Shown: piece after piece, positions 11,807 through 25,296 of the stretch | Layout of the letters: every line of letters begins with the position of its first letter | Numbering within the stretch: position 1 is the stretch's first letter | Assembly: GCA_965202585.1 (NCBI GenBank) | Contig: OZ241831.1 | Coordinates: forward strand, 29,698,001-29,762,000 | Length of the DNA stretch: 64,000 nucleotides | DNA from: Thalia democratica | Lineage: Eukaryota | Direction: 5' to 3' | The notes under the pieces: generated by a model | Told to the model about the DNA's origin: nothing | What the model saw: the letters and a program-made list of their open reading frames with translations, nothing else | Database searches by the model: none | Position numbers and translations under genes: made by a program

Positions 11807-14800
11807 ATGAAAAACTCGTTAATTAGTGATTGTTTCGATGACGAAAAACAAACTGTTGCATTTGGTGTAGCTTCAGCTGTAGAAGAAAAATCAGTTACGT
11901 TGTTGGAAAAAGCGAACATTTATATGAAAGAAAACCCCGAGGAATGGACGAAACGAAAACAGGCTAAAAAAGTTTATGCCGATAGAAAAGTTAAAATTTA
12001 CAAAGTTCATCCGACAATTTTGCAAATGCATACTTTGCGAGATTTTAGAATCAATGAAAAGCACAAAGAATGGAAAGAAAATAACAATAAACAAGTTAGT
12101 TTTTTTACAAAAAAAAAGTATTAAGCGCGTAATGATGTATTTAAACGAGAAATTAAAATAATAATTGCTTAAAATACAAACTGAAAATAAAGAACAAATT
12201 GAAATACAGCTGAATAAAAGTTATAAATTCTTTACGTAATTGTGGTTTTTTCAGGGCAAGTTATATTAACGATTATCTTAAGATACTGCAAAAACTTAAA
12301 CTACGTTGAATTATAACAAAACAAGTATATTTAAAAATTTGTACAATACTTTTTAATTTATATATTATGTTTTTATAATGTTTTTTTTTCATTTAGCTGT
12401 TGAAAGATAAAACCGTTTTCTAGTATAAAGAGTATAATTTAAAGCTACAACTTGAAACACTAGTACTAAAATAAATTTAAAAAAATCCTTGACAAAGTTG
12501 AGCCTATAACTAAAGTCTTTTGCACATTTTCACAGTTCGCACATTTTGTTTTCGACTTGACGTTCAAGTGTTCACCTAGCGCTTTAAAAGTTCAGTCTAA
12601 CTCTTCAACAGGTAACAAGTAAGAATTTTTCTATTGTTGATTTATATTGTTATGACACTAATTACAATATTAAAGTTGTTGTTTCAAAAGATAACAACAC
12701 TTTTTATAAGTTTCAAAAAGTTTGCCTGATAGTTAAGTTAAAAAGTATAACTTTTGTTGGGACTAAATCAAAATTTAATAAACAATTTTTTTTAGTTTTG
12801 TTATAATATTCTTTTGTTTACATATAATTAGTTAAATTAAGAAATAAAAACTGTAACAAAAATAGTGGTATTTAATTTGTCAATCCTATTACTATTGAAA
12901 ATTAACTATTTTTACTTATATTTAGTGTTGACGTCTAGTATATGAACCTAGATAACAAAGAAAAGCTAGTTTATGTACTAGATAAAATGCTCGTTATTAT
13001 TTTTATTTACTGTTAAATGATTTTATTTTGCATTAATTCTTGTCTAGCTGTTTGAAAACTTTTGGGTTTAAACTGATCATTTTACAAATACTTACATAGC
13101 TAAGTTCATCATTGAAGTTTGCATTAATCATGCAATGGTTATTATATTTTAATTAAACTTATTTTTTACTTTTTCTTTTAAGTATTCTACGCTTTTAAGT
13201 TTACTTTTTACAATTATATGTAATAAACCTTTTTTTACCTCGGCAATAATACTTTATATTGTTTTGTTTTTAATAGCTTATAGTTTTAGAAATTTTATTA
13301 CAACTTTTTTTTAATAATAATATTTGCATGACAAAATCCAACATAACTTTTTAAACATAGAACTTCAAAGATAAAACATAAACTCATTAATTTTTTACTG
13401 AGCTTTTGGTTTAGTATTAGAAATCATTTTATTATTCAACAATTTTGTTTTAATTAAATATGTCTTATCTTTTAACGACAGAAAGAAATTCCCAGGCTTC
13501 AACCGTCGGAAATCGTCAGCAGCAGCGGAGTTGAACCAACTAAAGCCGTCGGAGCAAGGAAGCATTTTGCCAAACATTTTAGACATCAGCGTCAAAATGA
13601 AGTCGGTGGTTCTGTCAAACAAAAATTTGTCTCTTAAAAAGTTCAAGAACTTCAAAGAGGTGAAAGTGATTTTGAGCCTTCATCCGGACAACAAGAGGCA
13701 GTCGTCAAACTATCTTGCAGTTCACGACCTCACTTGCATGTTAGTTTGTTCCGTCATAGTGTGTAGTAGTAAACAATTTTGATGGAAATAAAAGGATGTC
13801 AAATTTAAAAAAATAGATAATTAGTACGTTTAGTTTTAAAATATATACTAACCTAGGCATCTGGTTTTTATTTTTTTAAAGTAAAGTAGTTCTAAATATA
13901 GTTTTGTAACATAGTAACAAGCTTTAAAAATTCACAAGTTGAAATAGCTATTTTAAAAAGTCAAAAAGTATCAAAATCAAAATAAAAATTTTAACATTAA
14001 GAATATAATGCTTTGCTTATTTTTCTTTGTGTAACATAATTACTTTACGATACAAGTAGTTATGTGAAATAAAACATAATATGAGTATATAAAAACTTTT
14101 ATTAAACTTTTTTGTAGATGTTTATTAAAACATGAGTGTAGATCTGTAACATGAGTATTGCTTTAAAAAAATGATTTAAGTATTATTTTTCATAAATAAG
14201 ACTAAAATATCTGTGTAGCAAATCTTAAGTATGAAAATGTATAAAACTAGTAAAATAAATCTTCGAAAGGTCCCCTTTAAAGAAGTTAACAAATCTATGG
14301 TCCCCTTCAACAAGATTTCTCAAAATACTACAATTAAAAATGCCTAAGACCTTTTTTTGCACTTATTATCAATTCCATAATATCTAATGTAAGTTTCAAG
14401 CTACGGCCTTGTGGCTTCTCCTTTTACAGCTTCTGGCCCCCTAAAATTTTTCCAGAATATCTAGTGTAAGTATCAAATTATGACCTCATAGCCCCCCTGT
14501 GGCCCCTTTGCTGCTTATGTCCTACTTTGAGAAACCCTAGTTTAAAAGTGTCAAAACTAGCTGTTTTTGGTTTAAACAAATTTAAAATTACAAAATACTA
14601 GGTTAAAGTCGGTATTTGTTTATATACAGTCGTAATTTTAGGTGAAATACATTTTTATCTATCATTTTAGAACTTTTAATACAAGTTTGTTAAAACATTA
14701 TATCATTTTTAAAAGCCTTTACGAATTCAATGCAAGAAAGATACAAAAAGTATTAACTATACTCAAAAGTTTGAACAGTAACAAACTAGTTTATAAAGTT

Positions 14801-16619
14801 ATATTTATATTTAATGTAAATGACTATTTGTTTAAGATTTCTAATGATTAAGGAGAAAAACTTTTGGATGATTGTATTTAAGTTTAAAGTATTGTTGAAT
14901 AAAAAATCAATTTGTTTTATTAGAAACAAAATTGAGTTAGGTGATTTTTGGTTTTAAGCGCTGGATTTTAGAGATTTTAATTTGTGAAAGTAACTTTTTT
15001 GAAAAAAAATCGCGCCTTAAAAAGTATTTAAATGGTGTTTTTAAACATATAATTTATTATATTAGATATTTTGTTTTTTATAACTTTTATTTGATTAGAG
15101 GTAGCCCAGCACTAGTAAAGAATATTCCAAAGGCAAGTTTAACCTTTTTAAAATGTTTAATATAATGTACTTATAAGCTGTATACAGAATTTGAAATTGA
15201 AATTTTGGTGACATCAAGTTAAAAAAAAAAGTCCTTTTTAAATTTAAATTAGTTAACAACACGTTCTGTTAGATAAAAAATAAAGCTCTTATTAATAATC
15301 ACAATAGTTTGATTTTAGTAAACAAAGAAACCTTTTTTTTCAAATTTAACTTATCAATGTAACAAAAATTAATTTAATCGTTAAATTTTTAGCATAATGT
15401 AATTGTATAAATAATACTCAATAAAAGCTCTAGTTTTTCTTCTATAAAATTTTTAAAGGCTTATAAACTAGAGTTACATCATAAAATTTTTAAAGTTTTG
15501 CGTAAGTATAGCCAAGTTTTGAGTTTTAAACCATTTGATAGGAAAACAAATTCCAGAAAAATAAGCCGTCAGTAATTTAAGGACTTACTTGAGTATTGTT
15601 TACTACAAATTTTACTTCTTTAAGTTGATTAAAGTGTTATGTAAACACTTTTAATATGCAGGGTCCATAGAGAGTTTCATTTTAGAGGAGTTGCTAACTG
15701 TAAAAACAAGCACGTACTAATTGAGGTTAAAGGAAGAGTTAAACTGAGCTCACAGCCTGTGTTAATTGGGAACTGCTGCGTTGCTGGAAGGAATGGTATT
15801 TTATTATTATTTTTTTGATGTTAAAAACCTTCGAGCAGTTAAAACACTATTTTTCAATTGTTTTGGATATAAAATTGTTTTATTCTTGTAAGTTACTAAC
15901 TATAAATATTTTTTTCAATTAAAATACTAAATAGTTTACATTAATAGTGTTTCACCATTAAAAACAAAAACGTACGCAGCAAACTAAAAACAACAGTCGA
16001 ATAAGTACCCTATGTTAATTTTTTTTAATTTATAATATATATGCAACAGTATATTTTATGAATCTAGCAACTATACAAACAAAAAAGCAAATTACAAGGC
16101 TTCCGACGCCTGATGAAAATCATATTTGGCTGTCAGCTTCTTCAAATATCGGGAAATCAGTTTCAGCTATTATGAAAATGAACACGAGTAGTAAGCTATT
16201 TACAATATGCTAACCTTTATAAGAATTAAGATTGTAAAACAATAAAAACTGTTAAAATGATCTATTACTTCTCGTTGAATATAATTAACCTATAAAAACA
16301 GTAAAGAGTTTTCAGAGCTAAAATAGTAATTTTGTAATTGAACACTTTTTAAATTTTGTTTTAATATATTTTTAAACTTTATTCCATACATTAAAAATAA
16401 TTTTATGATCAGAAATTTTAGAAGAAGTAATTATTTAAATACTTCAATACTCAATGTTAGATGCTTGAAAAGTTTTCTAAGCTATAAAACAAACTATACA
16501 GTTTTAATGTTACGTACAAGGTTGTATGTACAAGGCATAACTAGAGTTGTAACAAAATTTCAACTTTAGGTAATGAAGATACTTTGTCAATTTCAAGTCT
16601 TGATACTGGGCAAGTGTAG
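11807..16619 (+). CDS. Hypothetical protein with a degenerate C2-like domain (6 exons; start and last exon uncertain)
   Basis: Exons 11807-12094, 12536-12618, 13482-13739, 15662-15795, 16068-16190 and 16570-16619 join in frame with GT-AG sites. KEVKVILSLHPDNKRQ...LTCMVHREFHFRGVANCKNKHVLIEVKGRVKLSSQPVLIGNCCV follows the C2 strand pattern (VKV.L.P..K / P.FNE.F.F / L...V / IG...V) but lacks the Ca-binding aspartates. Confidence 0.6.
14250..14540 (-). mobile_element. Partial hAT (Charlie-like) MITE end
   Basis: The minus strand reads TAGGGTTTCTCAAAGTAGG at 14539-14521, followed by GGGGCC/GGGGACC subterminal motifs. The other end was not identified. Confidence 0.4.
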
Positions 16620-17148
16620 CACCATACTGATTTTACAGAAGTAACAATCCAGAAAATAGTTGTAAAAGTTTAATACATTTTTGTATTTGATAACCTCTTC
16701 CAGTGTTAGAAGCTATCAAATAAAAGTTCATTTATACTAAGGAACATTTAAAAAAAAGTCACGGAATAACAAATGTACAAAGTTGTCTTAAAATTATAAT
16801 AGTAGTTTTAGTATTGTTTTTTTTTTGTATGAATGTTGTAAAGTTTTTACAAGCAACTTTTTGTTTAAAAAAAGTTTTTATATAACTTTTAGTCAAATTA
16901 TTTTATTTTATCACTTTTAATACAGAAAATTGACAAATGTAAACATTTTCCCTTTATTAAATAAATTACAAGCATTATGACAAATTAAATTGGAACAAGC
17001 AGAAGTTATTAAAATCAATTTAAGACTAAAAATGATCAAAATACAGTTAAATTTATACAAATAAGTAATTTGAAAAATAAATTTATTGTTATTAGTTTAT
17101 TTAGATTTTAAAACGAAGTAATAGTATTTTTTTGTATTAATAGCACTT

Positions 17149-20100
17149 TTAAAACTTCCAACACTTTTTTGCGCCTCTTCTCACTGAATAGCTTCCAAGT
17201 GGACACTTATGGCAAGGCTCAAGTCCGTTCATTGAGTAATTGCCAGGCATACAAAAATCTGTGAATACATATTTTTTTATATATAGTTTGAATTATTGTC
17301 AAAGACATGTTTCAAAATGTTGTTACCAAACGCTGGTTTGTTTATATGCCTCTACGAGTGTACAATATATATTTACTACAACTTCAAGCTGTGAAGTTTT
17401 TTATAATAAGGTTAAACTAAAAAATACAGTTTTTATTCTATAAAACTGTAACAGAATATTTATGATAAAAATATATTTTGAACTTGATAAGTGTAATACT
17501 AAAACTTTTAGAACAAATTTTATAAAATACGATGCTAAGCTACACTGTTCTTACACTTGGTACTTTTTTTAATTCAAGGCAAAAAATAAAAAAGAGTCTA
17601 TAAATGCGGAAAAAATTGATTTGTAAACATATTAAAGTAAGTTTGCGACAAAAGCTACTTGGGAAAATTCTTGACAATTAAAAATTATAACCATATTAAA
17701 ATTAAAACCACAAAAAAAAGTTGAAAACTGTACAAGCTACAAACTATCTAATAACAGGTAAAAAAAGCTAAATATAAATCTACCAAGGATCTCAAAGTAA
17801 CTTTAAGGTTTTAAAAACATAAATATCAACAAAAATACACGTGTGTATTTAAGTAAACTTTATAAAATCAGCTTAAAGATACGAAAAACCACATTTAGCG
17901 GACATAAAGTGTTTGATAACGCAATAAAAAATTTTTTTTTTGTTAGCATTTGTATTACTAAAGATTTAAGTAGGTGATTAGCTTTTTGTGGTTTCGCAGA
18001 TTTTGTTACTGCGTTAAACATTTTTTCCTCTTATTTCGTAGTAAAAAATTATTTAAGTTTTTGACAGTTCTAACGTACTGTATCTTTTTATTTTATACGA
18101 ACTTTTTATCTAAAGTGTATATAAAACTGTTTATAAACCTAAATGTTTATTTAAAAACAATAATCTTGTTTTCTAACTTGATTTAACTTTACATAGAATG
18201 TTTTTAAAATTTTTTTTTTTGTTTTTAAAGTAAATTTTAAACTCATTTAAAAACTGTTTGAACAGCTTAACTAATACAAAGTTAAGTTTACAAAAACGTA
18301 TATTTAAAAAAAACTATGCTTAAAAATTAGGTAGTTAATAATTTTTGTCCAAGTAAGTGAATTAAATTCGAATAGATTAATTAATAGTTTTTCTTACATT
18401 TACAACTCTCTGAACTTTCTGCCGAATCAGTAACAGTAGATGACCATTTGGGACACCTTTTACATGTTGCCATGGCTTCCAAGTCTTGATAATACCCAAC
18501 TGGGCACACTTTACAATGCATGAATTTTCTTCTGTAATACGTACCTTTCGGGCATTTTTCTAAAAAAAAGTTGCTTGGAATTTAAAAGTTAAACTTCTTA
18601 TATCCAATTATGAAAAAAAATTGTTAACATTTTAAATTAGGTATATGCACTGCATATTTAAGTCTGGGGTCGGAAAACTGCAGATTGTGGGTTTTGCAGT
18701 TTTTTGAGTAAGAAATGACTGATCAATAAAAACAATCTTAAGTTAGTTTGATATACTTTTAGTGATCTTTTATTATACTTAGTGCTTTTACATTAATCTT
18801 ATTTTTCGGTTTCTAAAATTTTTTTTAATTTTTTTTAATAAAACAACCCGCAATAGATTTTTTTTGCTATTTGTTTCTTTTATAGTCCTAAAGACTTTTT
18901 GCTGCTAATAAGTCGGGTTCGTTTTTATAGAAGGTTATTAAGTCCTAGTTAAAAAGGACTTGGTTATTTTAAATTAAACTTAGTTAGGGCTTATTTATAC
19001 TTAATACATATATTTAAGTTGTACAAACCACATGATGAACTGTTGCTTAATACAGCCCCAAGCGGACATATTTTCTTCAAACCTGATTCTTTATAAGAAC
19101 CTTCGACTATTGATACTTTTTCATTCGTATCAAAAATATTTTTCAATGTTTTGAGTACAATCGAATTATTGAAGTTCTTAAAAAGAAGTTCATCATTTTG
19201 TGGGCAGTTAACTTCTTCGTTTTGTATCCAAGCTATAAAGAGTAATATATTTATTCGAAATACTTAACTAATAAGCTAAAGTCTATGTAAAAACACAGCT
19301 TTAGCTACATTGAAAGTTTGTTTAATAACAATTTTAAGTAGAGCTATTTTCTAAAATGATACTTTATGATAAAAAGCCGTTTAAGTAAAATAAATGTGAT
19401 TTTTGTATAGACAGGAGAGTTTTAATGAATGTACTTGTTCAGATAGAAATACTCAATATTACAACTAACTTATTTTAATTCATGTAATAAAGCTTTTTTA
19501 TTAAAAATATATCTCTGTTTTTAATTTTTCAGACCCATAAAGTTTAGAATTATTTTTATTATAAAACTACTTCTTTAAAATTTGGTAAAGTTGAATTTTA
19601 GTTAATCTTTTATATACTTAATGAAAGTCATGTGATGATTTTTGATAGAATATAGTTGGATAATAATAAAAGTGATATATAATACTACTATGTTTTACTT
19701 GTAGTAAAATACAAAACCGTTGAAAATATCTAAAATTTACAAAAACTTGAACATTAAGGCGTAACATGATGCTGTTTAATAAATCTTGAACAAAATTTAA
19801 AACATTCTAACCTTATTTTCTGAGTTTAGTTACTTCAGTTTTAAAAGGCTGTAGAATAAAAGTAAACAAAACATGTTCTCAGCTCTCTAAAATATTTTGC
19901 AAATTAGTTAAAGAGTTAACTTTACTTGATAAACTAACCTAAACTAAATCTTAGTTCGTAATACAACTAACTTGTTAAAATAAAGCTGCGAATGTAGCAG
20001 TACTTGATTAAAATTTTTCTATAAACAGTTTGACTTTGAACCAACTAATAATCTCTAAGTGTTTTTGTTTAATAAACTTGAGTAGCTAAAACAATTTTTC

Positions 20101-23100
20101 ACACCATAAGCCAAATTGACTAAAACTATATTTACCGTATACGAAAAGTTTAGCCTCTAAAAGAAACTTTTTCCTGTTTGAGTCATGTTCCATTTCGTTG
20201 AAAACGTTCAGTTCCAACGTGATAGTTTCAGTTCCGTTGTGCAAGCTCAACTCGTGCGCGTCGCCCACATCTTCTTCGTAATAACTGTAATCGTAAGCGT
20301 CACCGTATTCTCCCGTCGTTTCGTCGTGTTCGGTGACGTCATCAACATTTTCATCCACGATACACGTGACCTGAGCTGACGTCAGCTTGCAGCTTACTGG
20401 ATCAGAACACAGTTTTCGAATCTGGTTGCAAGGAACAAGCTTTAAATAGAGAAATTTGTCGTCATGAAAAAAAAACACCATTACGCTTTTTACTCTACTT
20501 GTAAACCCAAAGTTTACACGTAAAAAAAGGCTTTTGATACAAACAACGCATTTTGTTTTATCTTAAGTGTGCGTTAGAATAAAAGCTTACTTATTCTGTA
20601 ACTTAATTATCTAACTTTTTCAGATAAAACGCCGTAGTTTTACTCCTACATATACGAGTTTATAAATACTCTAATTGCACAAAAGCTTACTTCAATATTG
20701 AGTTAGAACTTTAAAAGTTTGAATTTCAAAATCACATACTTCAATGATAATTGTAAAATTGTGAACAGTTATTTCATTGAGCATAAATCGGCTTAGAATG
20801 TCAAAATTAAATACTAAGTATGTATACAATTAGGTAAATGATAGATTGTAATTTTAAGCAAGAAAATTTTTGTTTTAAGTTTAATGATAGCACCAAAAAA
20901 CAAAGAAACGTACTTTAAGCTGCTGTGAGTTATTAGAACAACAAAACAAGCTCAGCTAAAGAGTTTAAGTGCAAATAGTATTAAACTTTATAGTTTTTCG
21001 TATTTGTTTTGAAACTAACATAAACACTAGAGCAAAATCTAGGTCATTTTATAAAAATAATAACAAACTTAAAAACAAAGCCATTTGTAAATACCTATAA
21101 GTTTGGCTCATGAAATTAAAACAAAGTAAGTTTGAAAGTTTTTATTTTAAGTTACAATAATTAATTTTTTATCAGAGATGGTACTAAATACAACAAGTTG
21201 AATTTATAAGTTAATCGCTTATTGGTTTCTTAGGATATTATAAACAAAGTTTCAAAAACAAATCTTGTTATCGAAATTAAAAGATATTATAATATTGATT
21301 TAGCTTTTTTTTAAATTTGAGTTATGTAAAATACATGAAGACTAAAATAAATGATTTAGTTCCTTTTATTGAGAAGTATCCGAAAAACTTAAAACCTATC
21401 TTAGTTTCGTTAGAAATTACTATAAAATTCATAATAAGTTTAACAATTTAAACTTTGTAAAATAGTGTATTTAGTTTCTATTCACTAAAATGTTTAAATA
21501 GAAAACAATAGTATAGTTTTAATTAGTGCTTAAATTATAACTTAAACATCATGAAAGTTTCAAAATTCAAAGTTATGTTATAGTTATACACTTGATATTA
21601 GGATTATGACTAGTTTTCCATATTAATTGCAAGTATTTTTCAATAAATATAAACTTAAATAAACTTGTTGTTTATTTATTCAAAACATTTAGATTATTTT
21701 TCTCCGTGACAAGTTTACGAAAAAAGTAAAAGTCAGTTTGGCTAACAAACTTTTTTTTGCTTTCAAAGTTGATAGATATAGTTATATTTGTTTTTACTGT
21801 TTTTTAAACACTAAATAACAATATACTAAACCAAACTATGTATTTTTTAGTTTGTTTACAACTTTCATTGAAACTTACAATAGATTTTCCGTGGTCTTCT
21901 CTAATAGATTGTAACAAACCATTACTAATGTTACTGTTCAAGCAACTTTCGTTAACTGACAGAATTTTGAAACTTATATTGTATCCTTTTTCAACCGCTT
22001 CAATGCAATATTCATCTGTAATAAATTTACATTTTCATAATTTTTATTAAATCAACGTTTATAATTTCCTTTTTTTTTACTGTTTAAAGTCTTTCCATAC
22101 AAAAGAAAACTGTGAAAACGTACATTTATTCTATAAATTAAGTAATTTTATATAAAAATCTGAATCCTGAAGTGTAGCAGTTATGCTTAGTTTACTTTCT
22201 ATTTCAAAAAATAAACAGCGTTAAAAAAATAAAAATAAAAACTTTCTAAAATATTTTATAAAATACTTATTGTATAGATCAGTTAGCTAAAATTGTTTTG
22301 CTTAACTATTACAAGTATAGTTTCATGTGATTACTAAAGTTTAAATTCACTAGTATAGCTAAATAAACTAACTTTATACTAAACCTAAATACTTATTTTT
22401 ATTATTTTGAATAGTTTTCTAAGCTCGGTATCATTTTCTAATTTATTGCATTTTTACTCAAATATAATTTTGATAATCGATATTCGTTTATATGTTTTTA
22501 TCACCAGTTTATTGAAATAACACATCTTTTGAATTAAAAAAAGTGAAATTAAATTATTTATTCATTTTTGATCAAAATCAAACAATTTAAAACTTCTGAG
22601 AGATTTGTTTGTATTAACACTGCTCGAACATTTATATGCTTAAGTACTATTCTAGTTTTTTTTAAAGGTATATTTTGTATATGTTTCTTTGCTTAGTTTT
22701 TTAATTTTTGTTTTAGTATGGTATAGTTTTGTGTAGAAACAATAAATTTAAGTTAATAAAACTTCTTTTTTTTTTGTATCATACATTATCGTTAGTTTTA
22801 AATTTATGTTGAATTTTTTTAATTTGTTCGATTTTAGTCATGATAGTATCTAAAAATCTAAATTGTTTAACGTGATATTTTATGCCAAATTTATTTAAGA
22901 TGTAGTAACAACTAAAAATAAGTGACATCTAAACAATGTTTTGGTTTTTTATCATTTATGTATTTATAACAAACAGAAGCTATATTTTGAGTCAATATTC
23001 GTCTATTAATCAAAACTTATACTCATACTTTTGTAAACATTTAAAAATAAAATTAAAATAAATTACAACGATATGTTAAATGAGTTAAATATTTCATTGA

Positions 23101-25296
23101 ACATTTGAAAATTGAAACTTAAGAAATCAAAAAAAAAAGATTTCACATTGATCTCCACTGTATTTTTTGTTATGAAGCTACTATGTTATAGTATTACCAG
23201 GGGCGTGGCGTGGGGAGGGACACTGGTGCATGCGTGCCACCCAAAAAAAAGAAGTAAAAAAAATGAATGTAATATCTTTATCCTTTATTGTTCATTTTTT
23301 CTGATTAGTTTGCCTTTTTTCAACTATGTTTATCTAATATTCAAAAAGTTAAACTAAATTTTGAATACCAATTAGTGACAACTAGTTTGGGAAATTACCC
23401 AGTATACTGATTCGGTGCACAAATCAAAGTGCGCACCGATGTTGATGAAAAACTCAATAAGGAAAAGTTTTATAACTTCATTAACTTCATAAGAATTTAG
23501 ACTCAAAAAGCACGCAATTAATGTAGTGCACCGCTGTAGTATGACCTTATGGCAGATTTTTCTACAAAAAGTTTACGAAAATACGTCACGCTTAAAGGAA
23601 TATTAAACAATTTTACAAGTTTTTTTTATGCTACAATAAATATTAAGACTACTGCTAGTTTTTATTTTTGTAAACTTACAAGAAAAAGCGTGTCGGGCTA
23701 TAAGAAATAAATTTTGTTTGTGATTTTTATTTTCAACAAATGCAATCAGATGAATTAAATTTATACTTTGATTATACTTTGATGATACTATCGTTTTATT
23801 GAATATATTCATTTTTTAAAATATAAAGTTTACTGTAGGCCGTAAAAAAATTTTTTTTTAGTAAGTTTATATTTGTGCAAGTATAAGTAATTATAATGAA
23901 ATTTATACTTTTTTTTTATTGTTTGATTTTATAATATATAAGTATTTTTTAAACAGTTACTTCGAACTTATTTTACTTAATGAATTTATTTCATTTATAT
24001 TACTTATAAAAAGATCTTTTCATAGCTAATCACAAAAGTTTTAATCTAGGGGATTTTTCGAGCAAAAAATTTGCGCACCCCCTGACTAAAACACCACGCT
24101 ACGCCACTGAGTATTACTAAGAGTTTTTCAAAAATTTTAAATACATTACCAAAGGCAAAAATAATTTATATAACTCTTATAAAAGTTAATTCTATTTGAA
24201 ACAGTATCTGAACTAAATCATACACAAAAAATTACTTTAGATAATTTATATGGTAACAACGTAGTACACTTATTCTAACAAGAATTTGTTTTTTAACAAT
24301 TGAGTATTAACTTTTTACAAAAACAATTTTTTTAAATAATCAAAATGTACGTTATAAATTATTTTTATAAAACCATTTCAAGTGAAATTTGACATTTAAT
24401 ATTCTAAAGCTGTTAAAATACTACAGCAATAAATTACTTTAATTGTTAACTAAACAGACAATTACTAACAAACACTTATAAAAAGTAGTTAACAACAAGC
24501 TATTTTTTCTAAACATACCTTTATTGTTTTCTTTTGTTTTCAGTGTTAAAGATGCCTAAAAGATAACAAAATTAAGAAAGTACTAACTTTAAACAGAACA
24601 AAAGTATTTAAATAAATAAATAAAAAATAAGTGAATCATACTTACTGTTTATTTTAAAGACTAATAGATTATGAGCAGCTTATAAAAGTAAAGTACAAGT
24701 TCAAAAGCGTTTTAACTAACATTTTTTAAACAAAACGCCAGAAGAACAGTTATTGTAAGCAAACTTTTCAACATAACGTGTTTTGAAAGCTGTCTGGTTT
24801 GATATGTTTCGCATTTAAAAACCTCGTGTATAATTTAGCAACTCACATTCTAACTAATAACGTACTTAATTTAATTTCTTAATAGTTATCAGCTGTTATG
24901 CTTTAATGAAACTAAATTAGATCTTAAACACATAAAGCTTATTTTTACTAGCAATTATTGAACACTTTAGCAGACAGTTAGAACACAAAATAAAGCAGCA
25001 TTCAAATAGCAAAACACTAATATAATTAGCATTTAACAGTTATTTTTAAATACTTAAGCCAGAACAGTTTTAAAACATGTTTGGTTTTTAGATTGTAATA
25101 AATAAAGATGCCATACCAATACAAGTGAACCTTTAAACTTTAAATAAAGCAGCATTGTTAGAACAATGAACTAACGAAGTGTATAATTTTCTACTTGTTA
25201 GTTCACTGCTTGGGTTGAGCCGTTATTTTTATTGCGTTTTAAGCAAGACTAAAAGCTTTATATTTTCATTTTTAATTACAAAACTTACCTTTCCAT
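17149..25296 (-). CDS. Secreted SVEP1-like protein, ~344 aa: signal peptide + SVEP1-type central region + GCC2/GCC3 (ephrin-receptor-like) Cys repeats
   Basis: Exons 25296-25289, 24793-24721, 24555-24519, 22015-21879, 20439-20136, 19232-19029, 18559-18398 and 17258-17149 are all phase-compatible. N-terminus MERQLSKHVMLKSLLTITVLLAFCLKNASL. C-terminus CPLGAVLSNSSSCEKCPKGTYYRRKFMHCKVCPVGYYQDLEAMATCKRCPKWSSTVTDSAESSESCKYFCMPGNYSMNGLEPCHKCPLGSYSVRRGAKKCWKF* matches the GCC2/GCC3 pattern of SVEP1/SCUBE. The last five exons are firm; the first three are less certain. Confidence 0.8.
23198..24109. mobile_element. hAT-type MITE with 8-bp TSD, in an intron of the SVEP1-like gene
   Basis: TIRs CAGGGGCGTGGCGTGG and CCACGCTACGCCACTG. 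Exact 8-bp TSD AGTATTAC at 23190-23197 and 24110-24117. Confidence 0.9.

Noticed and set aside
13395-13655. Minus-strand ORF MKFLNFLRDKFLF...
   Set aside because: Antisense shadow of exon 3 of the C2-like gene, which has phase-compatible neighbours on +.
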